Below are positions 39,103-49,585 of a stretch of DNA of 64,000 bases, piece after piece. The notes below the pieces were generated by a model that did no database searches, was not told the origin of the DNA, and saw nothing but the letters and a program-made list of their open reading frames with translations. Source of the stretch: Candidatus Bathyarchaeia archaeon (GTDB taxonomy: Archaea; Thermoproteota; Bathyarchaeia; 40CM-2-53-6). Position numbers and translations under genes: made by a program. The DNA lies in the NCBI GenBank assembly GCA_050013255.1, contig JBEKFP010000002.1, positions 512,001 to 576,000 on the forward strand, in the 5' to 3' direction. Positions within the stretch are counted from its first letter, which is position 1; each line of letters opens with the position of its first letter.

Positions 39103-39484
39103 AAAACCACAGCCCACCCTAAACATAAGCACTGAGAAATTCTTTCAAGCCGTGAACGACAGAAGGATTTCCGACGCAGAAAAAGAACTGGACGCTATAC
39201 GAACAAACATACCCGCAACCGAATCGGCGAATGGCTACCTCAAAGCCCTCGAAGGCCTGCTCCTAGCCGCCAAGACCACCGACGACAAATTCCTCTACCT
39301 TTCGAAAATTGAAATGACACCCACCAAAGTCAAGGCATTGAGGAAAGAGTTCGCACAGCACGGGACAAACGGGTTACATTCAGACTACGACCGCGGCTAC
39401 TTCCAAGCGGTTGAGACCTACCTGAGGAAATTGGAACGGGACGGGCCGCCTCCAGAGCCCAAAAATTCCCAAAAGACAAAGTAG
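39056..39484 (+). CDS. Hypothetical helical protein
   Basis: 142-aa ORF with GYLKALEG and YDRGYFQA repeats; co-oriented with radA. Confidence 0.7.
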   Translation: MSKISPKKTKSNADAEKPQPTLNISTEKFFQAVNDRRISDAEKELDAIRTNIPATESANGYLKALEGLLLAAKTTDDKFLYLSKIEMTPTKVKALRKEFAQHGTNGLHSDYDRGYFQAVETYLRKLERDGPPPEPKNSQKTK

Positions 39485-39492
39485 GAACGCGG

Positions 39493-39828
39493 TTAACCCA
39501 ATAGGGTGTACAGAAAGACCGACACGACGATCCACAGAACTATGAATGTCCCGCCGCCTAGGGTTATGTGCCGATTCTTCCCTTTCAGCTCGACTTCTCC
39601 GAAATGCAAGACGCGTCGAATAATCAAAATCGAAAACGCGTAGATGACGATTCCTAGGCCGATGCCTATGAATAGTGCGAAATCGCCGAAGCTGGCTTGG
39701 TCTATGTGTAGGAACTGGTTCGCAAATCCGGCAACAACTGCCAAGAGGACACGCATCCAGTACACAATTGATGTCGGCTTGAATCTCCTTGCGGATGATG
39801 TTTGAACCTGAGACTGAGCGCTGCTCAA
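39493..39828 (-). CDS. Three-TM protein resembling EMC6/Rab5ip
   Basis: VYWMR..L....G, 3 TM helices, G.GTFIVLW...LYTL C-terminus. Confidence 0.6.
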   Translation of the reverse strand: MSSAQSQVQTSSARRFKPTSIVYWMRVLLAVVAGFANQFLHIDQASFGDFALFIGIGLGIVIYAFSILIIRRVLHFGEVELKGKNRHITLGGGTFIVLWIVVSVFLYTLLG

Positions 39829-39974
39829 CTATCTTCCAAACCTCATTGGCTCTTGATTCCGCGGAGCATACCTACACTCGCTAGATAACCCTTCCCTGCC
39901 CCTGCCAGACCGCTCCCGGAAATGCCCCGCAAAGCCCTTAAGGCGTTGGAAAAACACTGAAGTTGGGATAACGA

Positions 39975-40553
39975 TTGGCAACAAGGTCAGCAACTCCTGA
40001 CGTCAAAATTGAGGATGTCATGTCCAGCCCCGTGGTCACCGTCAAGGACACGGATACCGTGCTCGCGGCAACCAAACTGATGAAGAAAAACGAAATTGGC
40101 TGCGTTGTGGTTGTAGACAAGTCGGACAAACCATTAGGGCTCATGACGGAGCGCGACGTTGTAAGAAGAGTCGCAGCGTTGGACCTGCTGCCAAGTAAAA
40201 TCAAAGCTGCCAACACAATGACCAAACCGCTCGGAACAATTGACCCTTCCTCAAACGTCACAGATGCTGCCAAGAAAATGCGAGAGATGAAGGTTAGACG
40301 CCTGGTCGTTGTTCAAGGAGGCAAGGTCAAGGGCATCATAACCAGCAACGACATTGTGGACATGATGCCGGCCTTGATTGACGTAGTGGCTGAGAAATCC
40401 CAGATAGCGCCTGTGCAGAAGATCAAGGAAACCGCCCCGCTCTCAGGCTATTGTGACAGGTGCGGCTCATGGGCTGACGAGTTGAAGTCGCATGATGGAC
40501 AATTCCTCTGCGACGACTGCGCGTCCGATATGGGAGAAACTGAAGAAGAATAA
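39975..40553 (+). CDS. CBS-pair protein with C-terminal zinc ribbon
   Basis: Two CBS repeats; GYCDRCG...LCDDC. Confidence 0.9.
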   Translation: MATRSATPDVKIEDVMSSPVVTVKDTDTVLAATKLMKKNEIGCVVVVDKSDKPLGLMTERDVVRRVAALDLLPSKIKAANTMTKPLGTIDPSSNVTDAAKKMREMKVRRLVVVQGGKVKGIITSNDIVDMMPALIDVVAEKSQIAPVQKIKETAPLSGYCDRCGSWADELKSHDGQFLCDDCASDMGETEEE

Positions 40554-40611
40554 TCAACGACCTTAACCTGCTGAAGGGCGTGAATAGTCAGCAGGCGGTG
40601 CATCTGAGTCC

Positions 40612-41952
40612 ATGCCATCTTTACTCATAGAATCAGCCCAGGTCCTGGCAGGCGACGAGTTAACCACTGCTCACATCTTCTTGGAGAATGGCATGATCAA
40701 GAGCATATCTAAACTTCGACCAACAGAGACCGCTGACTCAAAGATAGACGCAAGCGGCCTCATCGCCCTCCCCGGAATGATTGATGCTCACGTTCACCTT
40801 CGAGATCTGGAATATTCATACAAGGAGACATTTGAAACCGGGACCCGCGCTGCGGCCGCTGGCGGGTACACTACAGTGTTCGATATGCCAAATTCCCGCC
40901 CCCCTACAGTAAGCAGCTCTAACTTGGCTGATAAGATGGCGAAGGCGGAAGGAAGACTCTACTCAAATGTAGCGTTCCAGGGCGCACTAGTTGAGGACTC
41001 GAACGAACTGAGAAGAATGGTTGAAAGAGGCGCGATCGCATTCAAACTATACCTAAACAAGGCGCTCGTAACATTTGACTCGAGCAGCCAGGCCAACTTG
41101 AAGAATGCGCTTCAAGCCGCAAAAGAGGCTGATACGATAGTCACCGTCCATGCGGAAGACGGCGATAGCATCAGAAAGTCTCAACAAGAGAGCGTCGCTA
41201 GGGGAAAAGTGTCTATCAATGATTTTCTTAGGGCGCACGCGCCGCAAATCGAGGTATACGCCGTCCGGAAGATTCTAGGGCTCGGGAGCAAGCTGGGGTT
41301 ACGGCTTCACATCTGCCATATCACCGTTCCCGAAGCGGTTAAGCTCGTTCGAATGACGCCGAACGCAACATGCGAAGCCTCCCCCCACCACCTACTTCTG
41401 AATCAAACGGTTTTCCGAGGACAGAAGACCTTAGCGATCTGCGTCCCCCCGATCAGAAGCGAGGTAAACAGGAAAGGCCTGTGGAAGCTGTTCGCAAAAG
41501 GGCAAGTGGACATACTCGCTAGTGACCACGCGCCGCACACGCTAGAAGAGAAGACGAAGCAAAACGCCTGGGAAGCGGCTTCGGGAGTTCCAGGGCTCGA
41601 AACATCCCTCCCATTAATGTTCACACAGGTTTCATTAGGAAAACTGTCTTTGCGGAGACTCGTCGAGGTTACGGCCACGCTTCCGGCTAAGCTCTTTCAC
41701 TTGTCAAGAAAGAGCGAACTCAAGAAAGGTTACGATGCAGATATCGTCCTCGTTGACCCGAAAGCCAAGACACGAATTATCCCAGAGGCATTTGAGAGTA
41801 AGGCAAAGTATTCTCCCTTCAAGGGATACCGATGCACTGGGACGGCGGCTTACACGATTGTTAGTGGAGCATTGGTCGCTGAGAGGGGAAGAATCGTTGG
41901 ACCTGCTGTTGGAAGAGTCACGAAGAGCGATAGGGCATGCGGTTCCTCTTAG
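40612..41952 (+). CDS. pyrC: Dihydroorotase
   Basis: PGMIDAHVHLR, DMPNS, HAED, SDHAPH, GVPGLET. Confidence 0.88.
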   Translation: MPSLLIESAQVLAGDELTTAHIFLENGMIKSISKLRPTETADSKIDASGLIALPGMIDAHVHLRDLEYSYKETFETGTRAAAAGGYTTVFDMPNSRPPTVSSSNLADKMAKAEGRLYSNVAFQGALVEDSNELRRMVERGAIAFKLYLNKALVTFDSSSQANLKNALQAAKEADTIVTVHAEDGDSIRKSQQESVARGKVSINDFLRAHAPQIEVYAVRKILGLGSKLGLRLHICHITVPEAVKLVRMTPNATCEASPHHLLLNQTVFRGQKTLAICVPPIRSEVNRKGLWKLFAKGQVDILASDHAPHTLEEKTKQNAWEAASGVPGLETSLPLMFTQVSLGKLSLRRLVEVTATLPAKLFHLSRKSELKKGYDADIVLVDPKAKTRIIPEAFESKAKYSPFKGYRCTGTAAYTIVSGALVAERGRIVGPAVGRVTKSDRACGSS

Positions 41953-42464
41953 ATGGAATGCTAGGAAAGTTGGCGAGGTGGCTACGTATGCTCGGATACG
42001 AGACGCTTTACCTCAAGGACAGCTCCGACCAAGAACTGCTTTCCTTAGCCAAGCGTGAATCCCTGACCCTGTTAACTTCGGATGAAGAACTCTATAGAAC
42101 CGCGGCCATGAGAAACATCGAGACCTCACTAGTGCAGGGACACACTGAACCTGAGCGACTAGCCGAACTCGCAGAACGCTACAACCTCAGGCTGGAGATC
42201 GATACGACCATCTCGAAATGTCCGATGTGCGGTTCCTCTATCAGAGAGGTTTCGAAGGAGAATGTGGAGAAGTTGGTTCTTCCAACAACGTTTAAACTGT
42301 ACCAAAGTTTTTGGGTTTGTACTAATGCGAAGTGCGCAAAAGTTTACTGGCACGGAAGCCACTGGAAAAAAATAGAACAAACACTTGAAAGCGCGAGGAA
42401 AATTCTTGACGCGAAGGGAAACGGCACAGCTAGCACAGAGCAACCTGAACCTCGAAGAAGGTAG
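41937..42464 (+). CDS. Mut7-C PIN-like RNase domain protein
   Basis: FLLDGMLGKLARWLRMLGY, CPMC...C..C.KVYW.GSHW. Confidence 0.88.
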   Translation: MRFLLDGMLGKLARWLRMLGYETLYLKDSSDQELLSLAKRESLTLLTSDEELYRTAAMRNIETSLVQGHTEPERLAELAERYNLRLEIDTTISKCPMCGSSIREVSKENVEKLVLPTTFKLYQSFWVCTNAKCAKVYWHGSHWKKIEQTLESARKILDAKGNGTASTEQPEPRRR

Positions 42465-43059
42465 GATGCTGGTCCAGCTCGCACGCTTAGCTGCCGCAAG
42501 TTACATCGAGAGCAAAACGATAATCAAACCGCCCCAGGATGCTCCTGAAAAGCTGTTCAGGAAGTCCGGCGTCTTTGTAACGCTTAACGCTACGAAGCCC
42601 ACCCACGAATTGCGAGGATGCATTGGCTTCCCCTACCCCGAAGAGCCCTTGGTGAACGCCACCATCAAGGCCGCGATCTATGCGGCCACGGAGGACCCGA
42701 GATTTCCGCCAGTCTCCTTGCGCGAGCTGAAGAACTCCATTGTCGTGGAAATCACCGCCCTCACCGAACCCCAGGCCTTGAAAACGAGTAATCGCAGATC
42801 CCTTCCCGAACTCATTCAAGTAGGCCGGCATGGCCTCATCGTCGCCCGGGGTAGAGATTCAGGCCTGCTCCTGCCGCAAGTGGCGACTGAGTGGAAGTGG
42901 GACGCATCCGAGTTTCTGATGAATTGTTGTCTAAAAGCGGGGCTCCCGCCCGACTCGTGGCTACTTGAGGGAGTTGAAATCAAAATCTTCGAAGGCGAGA
43001 TCTTCGAGGAGGTAGAACCAGCAGGCGAGGTTAGGAGAAAAAGCGTTGGTGGAACATGA
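42385..43059 (+). CDS. AMMECR1-domain protein (TIGR00296-like)
   Basis: GVFVTL, LRGCIG, DPRF, SGLLLPQV, KAGL; true start probably downstream. Confidence 0.9.
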   Translation: MKARGKFLTRRETAQLAQSNLNLEEGRMLVQLARLAAASYIESKTIIKPPQDAPEKLFRKSGVFVTLNATKPTHELRGCIGFPYPEEPLVNATIKAAIYAATEDPRFPPVSLRELKNSIVVEITALTEPQALKTSNRRSLPELIQVGRHGLIVARGRDSGLLLPQVATEWKWDASEFLMNCCLKAGLPPDSWLLEGVEIKIFEGEIFEEVEPAGEVRRKSVGGT

Positions 43060-44276
43060 GGTTGCGCGTCTATTTGGCCCCCTGCGGTATAGGCTTAGGC
43101 CACATAACAAGGGCACACCCAATCGCCAACGAACTGAAACATCGAGGAATCGAAACCGTATTCTCGACTTACCTTGACGGACTCGATTACGCGAAACGCA
43201 ACCATTTGCGCACCTATGAAGCCGTACCAATCAACTTCAGAGTAACAAACGACGGAACAATAGACTTCAAGAAAACAGCCGCGACCAGCGGTTTCTCGCT
43301 GGGCATCAGAACATTCCTTAAGCAGGTGGTCGGTGAGATTCAGTTCTTGAAGCAGTTCAGGCCGGACGTTGTTCTATCGGACTCTCGGGCCTCTTCTCTT
43401 GTAGCAGCCTGGCTGCTTAGAATTCCAGTCGCCCTAATGCTCAACCAGTTCAGAGTTGAAATAATAAGTCGCCCGTCAGGCCGCTCGTTGACGCCGCTCG
43501 ACCGGCTATTTTTTCTGATCGCAAACGTGGGATGGCTGTTCGTCCGAACTGCTATTCAACTTGTGTGGGGCCGAAGCCAAGTCATACTCATTCCAGACTT
43601 GCCATCACCATACACTATTTCGTTGGGGAACCTTGCAATCCCTAGACGATATAGTGAAAAGGTGAAGTTGATTGGCCCCATAGTTGAGCGGCAACACGAC
43701 AAATCGAGCACGCGAAGCGATGATATCCGGCGCAAGTTAGGCCTCGGATTGAAATTTCCCTTCATCTACGCTGCGGTGAGCGGGCCGAAGGTTGAACGCG
43801 AAATACTAGCTAGGATACTTCTTGACTCTTTCAAAAATATGTCCGGGGATTATAAAATCGTACTTTCCAGAGGCAATCCTGATGGAAAAAGAACAATGCA
43901 TTCTGTGGGCGGAGTAGTGATTTACGATTGGATTGAGAATCAGGATGATTTCATCAAAGCCAGCGACCTAGTCATCGGCAGGGCGGGCCACGGAACCATC
44001 ATGAAATCCCTCGCTTACGGTAAGCCTATGGTACTTGTGCCCATCCCTGACCATACTGAACAATATGGTAACGCACGCCGCGCCGCGTCCCTTCACGTCG
44101 CCGAAATGATTGACCAAAACATGTTGAACCATGACTCCCTGAAGTCTAAGGTCGAGAAAGTGCTCGAATCCCACAAATACATCACGAATGCATCGCGAAT
44201 TGGCAAGGAAGCTGCAGCAATGGACGCAGTTGCAATGGCCTGCGATATCGTTGAGGGTTTAGCTAGCCGGTCCTAG
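43056..44276 (+). CDS. GT-B glycosyltransferase (GT28/MurG-like)
   Basis: GIGLGHITR, GRAGHGT, EQYGNA. Confidence 0.85.
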   Translation: MRLRVYLAPCGIGLGHITRAHPIANELKHRGIETVFSTYLDGLDYAKRNHLRTYEAVPINFRVTNDGTIDFKKTAATSGFSLGIRTFLKQVVGEIQFLKQFRPDVVLSDSRASSLVAAWLLRIPVALMLNQFRVEIISRPSGRSLTPLDRLFFLIANVGWLFVRTAIQLVWGRSQVILIPDLPSPYTISLGNLAIPRRYSEKVKLIGPIVERQHDKSSTRSDDIRRKLGLGLKFPFIYAAVSGPKVEREILARILLDSFKNMSGDYKIVLSRGNPDGKRTMHSVGGVVIYDWIENQDDFIKASDLVIGRAGHGTIMKSLAYGKPMVLVPIPDHTEQYGNARRAASLHVAEMIDQNMLNHDSLKSKVEKVLESHKYITNASRIGKEAAAMDAVAMACDIVEGLASRS

Positions 44277-45406
44277 AGAGATATTTGCTCCACCTGAACT
44301 TGGTTAAGATGCTTCGATGCCTCGGCCGCCGAGGGCTGTATCCAAGGTTCGGAACCTTCCTCAAGTAATGACTCTCTACCTGAGATGCATGCCAAGCTAG
44401 CCATCTCCGATAGGTCTTCTTTTGTCAAACCTATTAGGGGGGTGAAAACCGCTACGTTTGGCGCTGCGGCCCTTAGCGTTTCAGCTAATGCGATTTCGCC
44501 AGCGACGTCTGCGAAGATTATTCCTTTGAATCTTTTTTCTTCAGCAAACTTGGCGGCCACCAACCTTACGAGGAATTTCGCGGTTGACTGATTCGGTTGG
44601 TCTTTGGGGATGTCTTCGATGAGCTGGTCACAGTTGAAAGTGTATGCCTTGTAGTTTGGGCGAGTTACAAGCCGTCGCAGATTTCGGGCGAGAGCTAGTT
44701 GATTCTCAATCTCGAAGGCTGGGTTGATGCTTGATAGTGGGATGATTAAGTGCGCCAGGCATCCTCTCCTCATCATTGCATATGCTGCGAGAAGCGTGAG
44801 AGGCCCCGAGTCCAAAACTGCCAGCATCTTCCATTGCGAAGACAGAGGGAGCCCGCCAGGTCCCTCCAATCTCTCCGCATAGAGGTAGGCATCTTCGCCC
44901 ACGAGGTCAACATGAATCGTAACATCGGCAGCCTCCAAGTCAACTGTGACACCTTTGCCCTTCAAGGCAAGGAGGACTTCAGACCCACCCTTGAGTTCAA
45001 CCTCACGACGAGACAAGGACCCTGACTCTGATCGGTGAGCCCGAATCGCGAATGACTGCCCCGATCGTAATTGTTCGTCCGCAAGTTCCACAACCGATTG
45101 GAGTACGGACTCTAATGAAGCGGACAGCAAGGTCGCGGGTGCAGCGTAAGCTACACCGAAGACTCCACTGCATGACTTGGCGCCATCCTTCGCCTCTCTC
45201 ATCGACTTTAAGCCACGTATCACGACCCTGGCGGCATGTTTCTCAAGCCGAAAACCTGTGAACCCTGCGCGAGAGAGAGCGAATCTAAGGTCATCCACTA
45301 GGCGTTGCTCTAGGGTGCGCCTGACCGGGGAACTCTTCAACGTGAATTCGGCTGAAGCTACGAGTATAACTGGTTCCGTCAGATGGGACAAGTAGGCTTT
45401 CCCCAA
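44273..45406 (-). CDS. ThiI-like THUMP protein with degenerate PP-loop
   Basis: EFTLKS..VRR, VFGV, THUMP, GPGGLP; SGGxDS replaced by DSGPLT. Confidence 0.75.
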   Translation of the reverse strand: MGKAYLSHLTEPVILVASAEFTLKSSPVRRTLEQRLVDDLRFALSRAGFTGFRLEKHAARVVIRGLKSMREAKDGAKSCSGVFGVAYAAPATLLSASLESVLQSVVELADEQLRSGQSFAIRAHRSESGSLSRREVELKGGSEVLLALKGKGVTVDLEAADVTIHVDLVGEDAYLYAERLEGPGGLPLSSQWKMLAVLDSGPLTLLAAYAMMRRGCLAHLIIPLSSINPAFEIENQLALARNLRRLVTRPNYKAYTFNCDQLIEDIPKDQPNQSTAKFLVRLVAAKFAEEKRFKGIIFADVAGEIALAETLRAAAPNVAVFTPLIGLTKEDLSEMASLACISGRESLLEEGSEPWIQPSAAEASKHLNQVQVEQISL

Positions 45407-45475
45407 ATAGGGAAAGTGGAGGATGGCGTTCGTCCTACTTAGGTTGACGGAGATGGAAGAAAAATGGGAAGTGGT

Positions 45476-47140
45476 TTAGTAATCGTCTCCGCCAGGCATT
45501 CCACCAGGCATGCCGCCGGGCATTCCGCCGCCTGGGGGCATGGGTGGTCCTCCCTTGCCTCCCTTGGAGGCCACGACATCATCGATGCGTAGAATCATTG
45601 ATGCTGCTTCAGTCGCGGACTTGATAACTTGGAGTTTCACGCGTAGCGGCTCGATTACGTTTAAGCTGCGCATGTCTTTGACTTCGCCGGAGAAGACGTC
45701 GACGCCGTACCAGCGGTTCTCATGGTTCTCATGCTTGGCGCGCAAAGCAACCATAATGTCGATTGGGTCTAGGCCAGCGTTCTCAGCGAGGGCTAGGGGT
45801 ACGCTTTCGACGGCATCTGCGAAGGCCTCTATGGCCAGTTGCTCACGGCCGCCGACTTTGACTGCGTAGTCGCGTAGTTTCTTGGCTGTCTCGGCTTCAG
45901 CCGCGCCGCCGCCAGCCACTATCTTCCCATCCTCGATTGCGTCCCGAATAACGCATAGAGCGTCGTGGAGGGAACGTTCAGCCTCGTCCACAACATGCTC
46001 AGTTCCCCCTCGAATAACAACCGTCACAGCCTTCGGGTTCTTGGCATCCCTTACGTAGGTTAGTTTGTCATCCCCGATCTTCGTCTCATCGATTACCTTG
46101 GCTTCACCAAGGGATTCCCTTCCTACGTCCTTGACGTTCGCTACGATTTTGGCGCCCGTAGCCTTGGAGAGCTTCTCCATATCACCGCTGCTCACGTTCT
46201 TGACCGCGGCAATTCCCTTCTTTGAGAGAAAGTGTAGCGCCATGTCGTCGATGGATTTTTCGCAGAATACGAAGTTAGCACCGCTCTTTGTGACATCATC
46301 AACCATTTCCTTCAGCATACGTTCCTCTTCATCAAGGAAGAGCTTGATTTGATCCGGATTGTCGATGTTGATCTTCGCGTCGAACTCGGTTTTCTCGATT
46401 TCGAGCTTCGCGTTGAGTAAGGCGATCTTGGCGTTTTCGGTGCGCTTGGGCATCTGAGGATGAGCGACTTCCTTGTCGATCACTATGCCGCGAACGAGCT
46501 CCGTTTCTTCCAGGCTCTTGCCGTGTTTCTTCAATACCTTGACGAGGTCGACGTCAACCTTGGTCTTGCCGTCTTTCGTTTCTTTGATTTGAAGGGCTGC
46601 ATTGACTGCTATCTTTGCTAGATGGTCCTTCGCACCCGTTACTCCCTTGGTGCTCATCGCCGTCATTGCAATCTTTGTGAGGGTTTCCGCATCCTCCGTG
46701 TTGATCTTCTCGCTGAGGCCCTCGAGAATATCCTTCGCCTGTTCTGCTGCCTTCTTGTAGCCTTCAACAATCACAGTGGGGTGCACGTCTTTGTCCAGGA
46801 GTTTCTCAGCCTTGTCGAGTAACTCGCCAGTTAGGAGTACGGCAGTTGTGGTTCCATCGCCCACTTCATTATCCTGTGTTTTAGCAACTTCGACCAGCAT
46901 CTTCGCCGCGGGGTGCTGGATATCAAGTTCTTTCATGATCGTGGCGCCGTCATTTGTGATAACAACATCCCCGATCCCGCTGACGAGCATCTTATCCATT
47001 CCGCGTGGCCCGAGAGTTGTCCTGACTGTTTGAGCAACGACCTTGGCTGCGAGGATATTGTTTCGTTGCGCGTCTCTACCTTGAGTTCGTTGAGTTCCTT
47101 CCTTCAATATTATGACAGGTACACCTTGTTCCGACATCAT
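45476..47140 (-). CDS. Thermosome (group II chaperonin) subunit
   Basis: [34 protein letters not shown] tail. Confidence 0.97.
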   Translation of the reverse strand: MMSEQGVPVIILKEGTQRTQGRDAQRNNILAAKVVAQTVRTTLGPRGMDKMLVSGIGDVVITNDGATIMKELDIQHPAAKMLVEVAKTQDNEVGDGTTTAVLLTGELLDKAEKLLDKDVHPTVIVEGYKKAAEQAKDILEGLSEKINTEDAETLTKIAMTAMSTKGVTGAKDHLAKIAVNAALQIKETKDGKTKVDVDLVKVLKKHGKSLEETELVRGIVIDKEVAHPQMPKRTENAKIALLNAKLEIEKTEFDAKINIDNPDQIKLFLDEEERMLKEMVDDVTKSGANFVFCEKSIDDMALHFLSKKGIAAVKNVSSGDMEKLSKATGAKIVANVKDVGRESLGEAKVIDETKIGDDKLTYVRDAKNPKAVTVVIRGGTEHVVDEAERSLHDALCVIRDAIEDGKIVAGGGAAEAETAKKLRDYAVKVGGREQLAIEAFADAVESVPLALAENAGLDPIDIMVALRAKHENHENRWYGVDVFSGEVKDMRSLNVIEPLRVKLQVIKSATEAASMILRIDDVVASKGGKGGPPMPPGGGMPGGMPGGMPGGDDY

Positions 47141-47270
47141 AGGTCACCGATTTTGTTACTGCAGGTAAAAAATCCCCTATATAAAATTGCTGGGCCGGTC
47201 CTGTTACTTCTTCGGTTGACCATTTTAGGTCGGTTTAGGGGTTTTGGCTGTTACCTTTCGGTTGATTGGG

Positions 47271-47930
47271 CTAGCTTACCTGTGACATGGATTCGTTGAT
47301 GTGCCCGTCAGGTAGAACAAATACAAGGAATGAGTGAGTGACCACATATTCATCAACGCCGGTTCCGCGAACAAGATATCCACCATCCTGTAGTGCAGGC
47401 TCAACACGGACCTCCCAATTCCGTAGCCTTAATCCCCGCCTATCCGTAATCCAATCTATGGCCCTTTTAACTGCCAGTTCGCGGTCGATCTCCTTCGTGG
47501 CGAACGAACTAGGTGGTGGTGGCAGATATGGGTAGTACGATCCTCGTGGCTGCCGATTCTTCACTTGTGACTGAACGAGGTTTACTGTACCGCTTGAGGC
47601 GGGAACAAAAGTATCCAGCTTGCTTTTCAACCCTGCTGCTACATCTCTGAACCATAAAACGAGACCCAAAGTAGTTAGAAATTGGGCGGTGGATAAGGCA
47701 GGGTTATTTGTTTGAAACTGAGATGCGACAGAAATAGCAGAGGCACATGACAAAGCCACAAGACCCGTTCTGATTAAGAATTCCTCTGAATTCCACGCGA
47801 TGCTTACTTTGCTTCGATGTGATCTAACAAACAAGTACGCCACAGATAATCCTCCTATAACGAGCCACACCAGCAAATCAATGAGGTATAGCGAAGTGAA
47901 AAAATCGAGAAAGCCCAAGGTCAATCCCAA
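47271..47930 (-). CDS. Cargo membrane protein (4 TM + Pro linker + small C-terminal domain)
   Basis: Hydrophobic N-half; YPYLPPPPSS linker; start TTG 47930 probable. Confidence 0.65.
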   Translation of the reverse strand: MGLTLGFLDFFTSLYLIDLLVWLVIGGLSVAYLFVRSHRSKVSIAWNSEEFLIRTGLVALSCASAISVASQFQTNNPALSTAQFLTTLGLVLWFRDVAAGLKSKLDTFVPASSGTVNLVQSQVKNRQPRGSYYPYLPPPPSSFATKEIDRELAVKRAIDWITDRRGLRLRNWEVRVEPALQDGGYLVRGTGVDEYVVTHSFLVFVLPDGHINESMSQVS

Positions 47931-48073
47931 AATTGTTGAGCTACCAAACCTCCCGCGATCGCGCCTAGCGCAGCCCAAACAACATTTTGACCAAGAAACA
48001 CGTAGATCATTACGCCAGCAACTATTGCTCCTATTATGAAATGATTTCTTTGGCGTTCCGCTCTGTTTGACAT
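47921..48073 (-). CDS. Small 2-TM cargo protein (50 aa)
   Basis: MSNRAERQRNHFIIGAIVAG...GGLVAQQFWD; AGGAG upstream. Confidence 0.6.
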   Translation of the reverse strand: MSNRAERQRNHFIIGAIVAGVMIYVFLGQNVVWAALGAIAGGLVAQQFWD

Positions 48074-48129
48074 TCGTTTCTCCTTTCTGATATATTCACC
48101 TCTCTCCATCTTTAACACTATGCGAAAAA

Positions 48130-49260
48130 TCAGGTTGATTCTTGGCTAGCGTTTTGGATTAGGGTTAGCCACTTATCTTTTCCTTTGACTTTGATGCCCG
48201 CTAATTCGGCTGGGGTTTTTCCGTTTATTCCCATGTGTGGGCGAATGTAGTTGTGGAAAATTTGATAGCCTGTTAAGATTGGCGTGTCCTCTTTCTTGAG
48301 TGAGCGCATGACCTTCTCTCTGTCCCTGATTTCTCCGTTCATGCGTTCCATCTTGTTATTGTTCAAGTCACCTGACATACGAACATGTCGAATGTGTTGA
48401 ATCATCAGTGCCTTATTTTCACGCCAAAACGCTTTCTCGTAAGCCGAACTGAAGTTGAACGCTCCGTCTGTGATGAGTGTACTTGGTGCTTTCTCTGCGA
48501 ACTTCTTTCCTTCGCGGAATAGTGGTGTTATGTCGGCTGTGTATTTCGAGTCTGTGACTTGTTGAGCTATCCAGAACCGTGTCTCATCATCCATGAGAGC
48601 ATAGAGGTACTTCATATCTCCACGCACTTTCAGGAATAGTTCATCAGCTCTCCACGTGTCCGAGACTTGCGGCGTTATCTTGTCTAGGTACTTCTCCATC
48701 AATGCGGTGTACTTCTTTATCCACATGAACACGGTTTTGTGGCTAACTTGAACGCCAAGCAACCGAAGCGATCTTGCCGTGTTCCGTAGGCTCTCACCGG
48801 AAAAGTATAGTTGCATGGCGGTTGTGACACCATGCGGGTTATGCTTCATCTTTTCGAAACCGAGATTCACGCTGAAGGTTCTCTCACAATCGGCGCATAA
48901 GAAGCGTTGTAGGTTGCCACACTTGTTCCAGCGAACACCATATTTCTTCAAGTTACGTGAATGGCAGAAAACACATGAGTTGATTTCAACGGGTTGAATT
49001 ACGAATTCTCTGACTTTCTCACGTAGCTTTAGACTAAACTCAACGGCCCAGATATGCTTACATTTGACTTCGCGATGCGTGAAGTCGGGGCAGTTGCATA
49101 TCCAGCCAATAGCGAACGATTCTGTTCGAGCTACGTCGTACGTTATCTCGCGTGATTGGGAAGCTACCTTGTAGAACTTTTCGCTTAATCGTTGAACTTG
49201 GTTAGGCTTCTGCGCTATTGCTTGTCCTCTTTCCTGACGAGAGAGCATAGCTGTTTGCAT
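48130..49260 (-). CDS. IS6/IS240-like DDE transposase with N-terminal SWIM and zinc-ribbon domains
   Basis: CNCPD...CKH SWIM; CVFC...CADC; WRADE, ITDG, NNKMER triad; HNYIRPH...TPAE. Confidence 0.9.
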   Translation of the reverse strand: MQTAMLSRQERGQAIAQKPNQVQRLSEKFYKVASQSREITYDVARTESFAIGWICNCPDFTHREVKCKHIWAVEFSLKLREKVREFVIQPVEINSCVFCHSRNLKKYGVRWNKCGNLQRFLCADCERTFSVNLGFEKMKHNPHGVTTAMQLYFSGESLRNTARSLRLLGVQVSHKTVFMWIKKYTALMEKYLDKITPQVSDTWRADELFLKVRGDMKYLYALMDDETRFWIAQQVTDSKYTADITPLFREGKKFAEKAPSTLITDGAFNFSSAYEKAFWRENKALMIQHIRHVRMSGDLNNNKMERMNGEIRDREKVMRSLKKEDTPILTGYQIFHNYIRPHMGINGKTPAELAGIKVKGKDKWLTLIQNASQEST

Positions 49261-49271
49261 GTGTTTCGCCT

Positions 49272-49327
49272 ATGCTTTGATATTACAGCATAAGGCGTAT
49301 ATAACGATTACTGTGATATTACAGCAT
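49272..49327. promoter_or_regulatory. Divergent promoter with two near-palindromic operator-like boxes
   Basis: TGATATTACAGCAT at 49278-49291 and 49314-49327 flanking GTATATAAC. Confidence 0.65.
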
Positions 49328-49542
49328 TGGGAAAGAACGTGGTCAGAAAGCAAATTCTGGGCGATTGGGAGCGTAAGATACTCGTATCCTATCTCAAAGA
49401 TGAACGACTGAAAGGCTACACCGCTCTACTGTTTCACATTCGCAAGATGGGGTTAAAAGCAATCATAGACGGGTGCGAGAACGACCTCAAGATTCTGCGG
49501 CAACTAGCGACCAAGGAGGAAAAGAAAACTGAGCGCACTTAG
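49327..49542 (+). CDS. Small basic protein divergent from transposase (putative regulator)
   Basis: 71 aa, leaderless position downstream of the TATA box. Confidence 0.6.
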   Translation: MGKNVVRKQILGDWERKILVSYLKDERLKGYTALLFHIRKMGLKAIIDGCENDLKILRQLATKEEKKTERT

Positions 49543-49585
49543 ACATTTTAGGAGCGTTTTCCTCGCTTTTCCTTTTTCAATCCTT

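Noticed and set aside
45490-45545. GC-rich short repeats
   Set aside because: Ordinary GGMP tail of the thermosome
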